Below, in pieces: positions 48,488 to 49,487 of a stretch of DNA of 49,487 nt (positions within the stretch are counted from its first letter, which is position 1; every line of letters begins with the position of its first letter). The stretch comes from Chloroflexota bacterium (GTDB lineage Bacteria > Chloroflexota > Chloroflexia > QHBQ01), in assembly GCA_043754535.1 (NCBI GenBank), contig JAYUUN010000036.1:1-49487 (forward strand). The letters run 5' to 3'. Under the pieces are notes generated by a model. It was not told the DNA's origin. It did no database searches and was given only the letters and a program-made list of their open reading frames with translations. The position numbers were made by a program, and so were the translations under genes.

Positions 48488-49324
48488 ATGATGCTAAAGA
48501 GAACAATCGGTAGCCTGATCCTCGCGTTGCTCATCCTTGCGGCCTGCGATAACGGTACACCTGCCAGCACTCCTCCACCAGCAAAGGCAACGGCTGCTAG
48601 CCAGCCGCTGGCGACCCGCCTCGCACTCGATACTGTTGCTACCGCCAGTGGACTAGCCACTAGCCAGCCGCTCAACCCGGCTACGCCCCTGGCAGAGAAC
48701 ACCCGCCTGGCTCAGGCCACTGCTGCCGAGGCTGCCGCTGCTACAGCGGTCGCCACTGCTGGAGCTGCTGTGACTGTGCCGCCGCTCAACCAGCCGACCA
48801 TCTTCACCGCTACCCTGGTTGGGGAGATGAAGAAGGGTGGCCTGACGATCTACATCCGTCATGGCGAACGCAATGCCTTTGACGAGCCGAACCTGCCCGA
48901 CATGAAGGATTGCAAGACGCAGAACATCCTCACCCCGCTGGGTATCGAGCAGGCGAAGCAGGTGGGAACAGCCTACCAGACACTCGCTATCCCAGTCGGC
49001 GAGGTGTACAGTGGCGAGTTTTGCCGCAACAAGGACTCGGCGATGCTCGGCTTCGGCAAGGATACGGTGCTGCCAGAGCTTGACCGCTTCAACCCACGGG
49101 TTGTGCCGACCATCCAGCAGCTACTCTCCACCCCACCCGCTGCGGGCAAAAACACGATCATCGTCAATCACCACGCCGCTCTTGCTCAGGCCGCCAACAT
49201 CAAGCTGATCGGCTATGCTGAAAGCGCGGTTTTCCGCCCACTTGGCGGCGGCAAGTTCCAGTTCCTCGGCTACCTGACCCTGAACGAGATCAGTCAGCTT
49301 GCAGCAGATGCGGTTTCGCCTTAG
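48488..49324 (+). CDS. Histidine-phosphatase-family lipoprotein
   Basis: Lipobox LAAC, Ala/Thr/Pro linker, IRHGE motif, FCR, IIVNH. Confidence 0.8.
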   Translation: MMLKRTIGSLILALLILAACDNGTPASTPPPAKATAASQPLATRLALDTVATASGLATSQPLNPATPLAENTRLAQATAAEAAAATAVATAGAAVTVPPLNQPTIFTATLVGEMKKGGLTIYIRHGERNAFDEPNLPDMKDCKTQNILTPLGIEQAKQVGTAYQTLAIPVGEVYSGEFCRNKDSAMLGFGKDTVLPELDRFNPRVVPTIQQLLSTPPAAGKNTIIVNHHAALAQAANIKLIGYAESAVFRPLGGGKFQFLGYLTLNEISQLAADAVSP

Positions 49325-49331
49325 GCAGCGG

Positions 49332-49487
49332 CTAGAAGTTGTAGACGCTCCACACGCCGTTCTGGTAGTGCAGGATCGTGCCTGCCCTACCAACTGCCCA
49401 GCCTTCATCATCGGAGAGAAGGCTTATACTACGCAAATCGGCAGTAACAGGCTGCCTCTCCACATAAATGTCTTGGTAACGAAGTTT
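49332..49487 (-). CDS. 3' end of a WAVG-repeat beta-propeller-type protein (partial; not in the ORF track)
   Basis: Open frame from the window edge: ...DLRSISLLSDDEGWAVGRAGTILHYQNGVWSVYNF*. Confidence 0.7.
   Translation of the reverse strand, partial: KLRYQDIYVERQPVTADLRSISLLSDDEGWAVGRAGTILHYQNGVWSVYNF

Overview
A GC-rich chromosomal window, most likely from a Chloroflexota bacterium (inferred from the Chloroflexia-style RpoA N-terminus, LysM-YkuD, GT39-type and WAVG-repeat proteins, and a GAAC-N4-GTTC LexA box). It is mostly housekeeping: pcm, a sigma-70 factor, murG, radC, rimI, tsaD, recJ, rpoA, ftsK, acs, tRNA-Asn and tRNA-Gly. The notable items are: (1) an AT-richer, internally collapsed RHS gene ending in a predicted Zn-dependent deaminase toxin, with a downstream candidate immunity gene; (2) a ~1454-aa TPR / prion-like P-Q-Y-N repeat / Ig-like / STAND-type ATPase / wHTH protein ending in a HEPN-like RxxxxH domain; (3) an ~895-aa TsaD carrying ~560 aa of disordered insertions; (4) a stand-alone, divergent rpoA with its own promoter, terminator and acidic tail; (5) a deletion-collapsed ATPase/DUF4276-like remnant between rimI and tsaD; (6) a GIY-YIG/cyclohydrolase in-frame fusion; (7) a LexA box on the ftsK promoter. 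All family assignments come from recognising motifs by eye; no searches were run.
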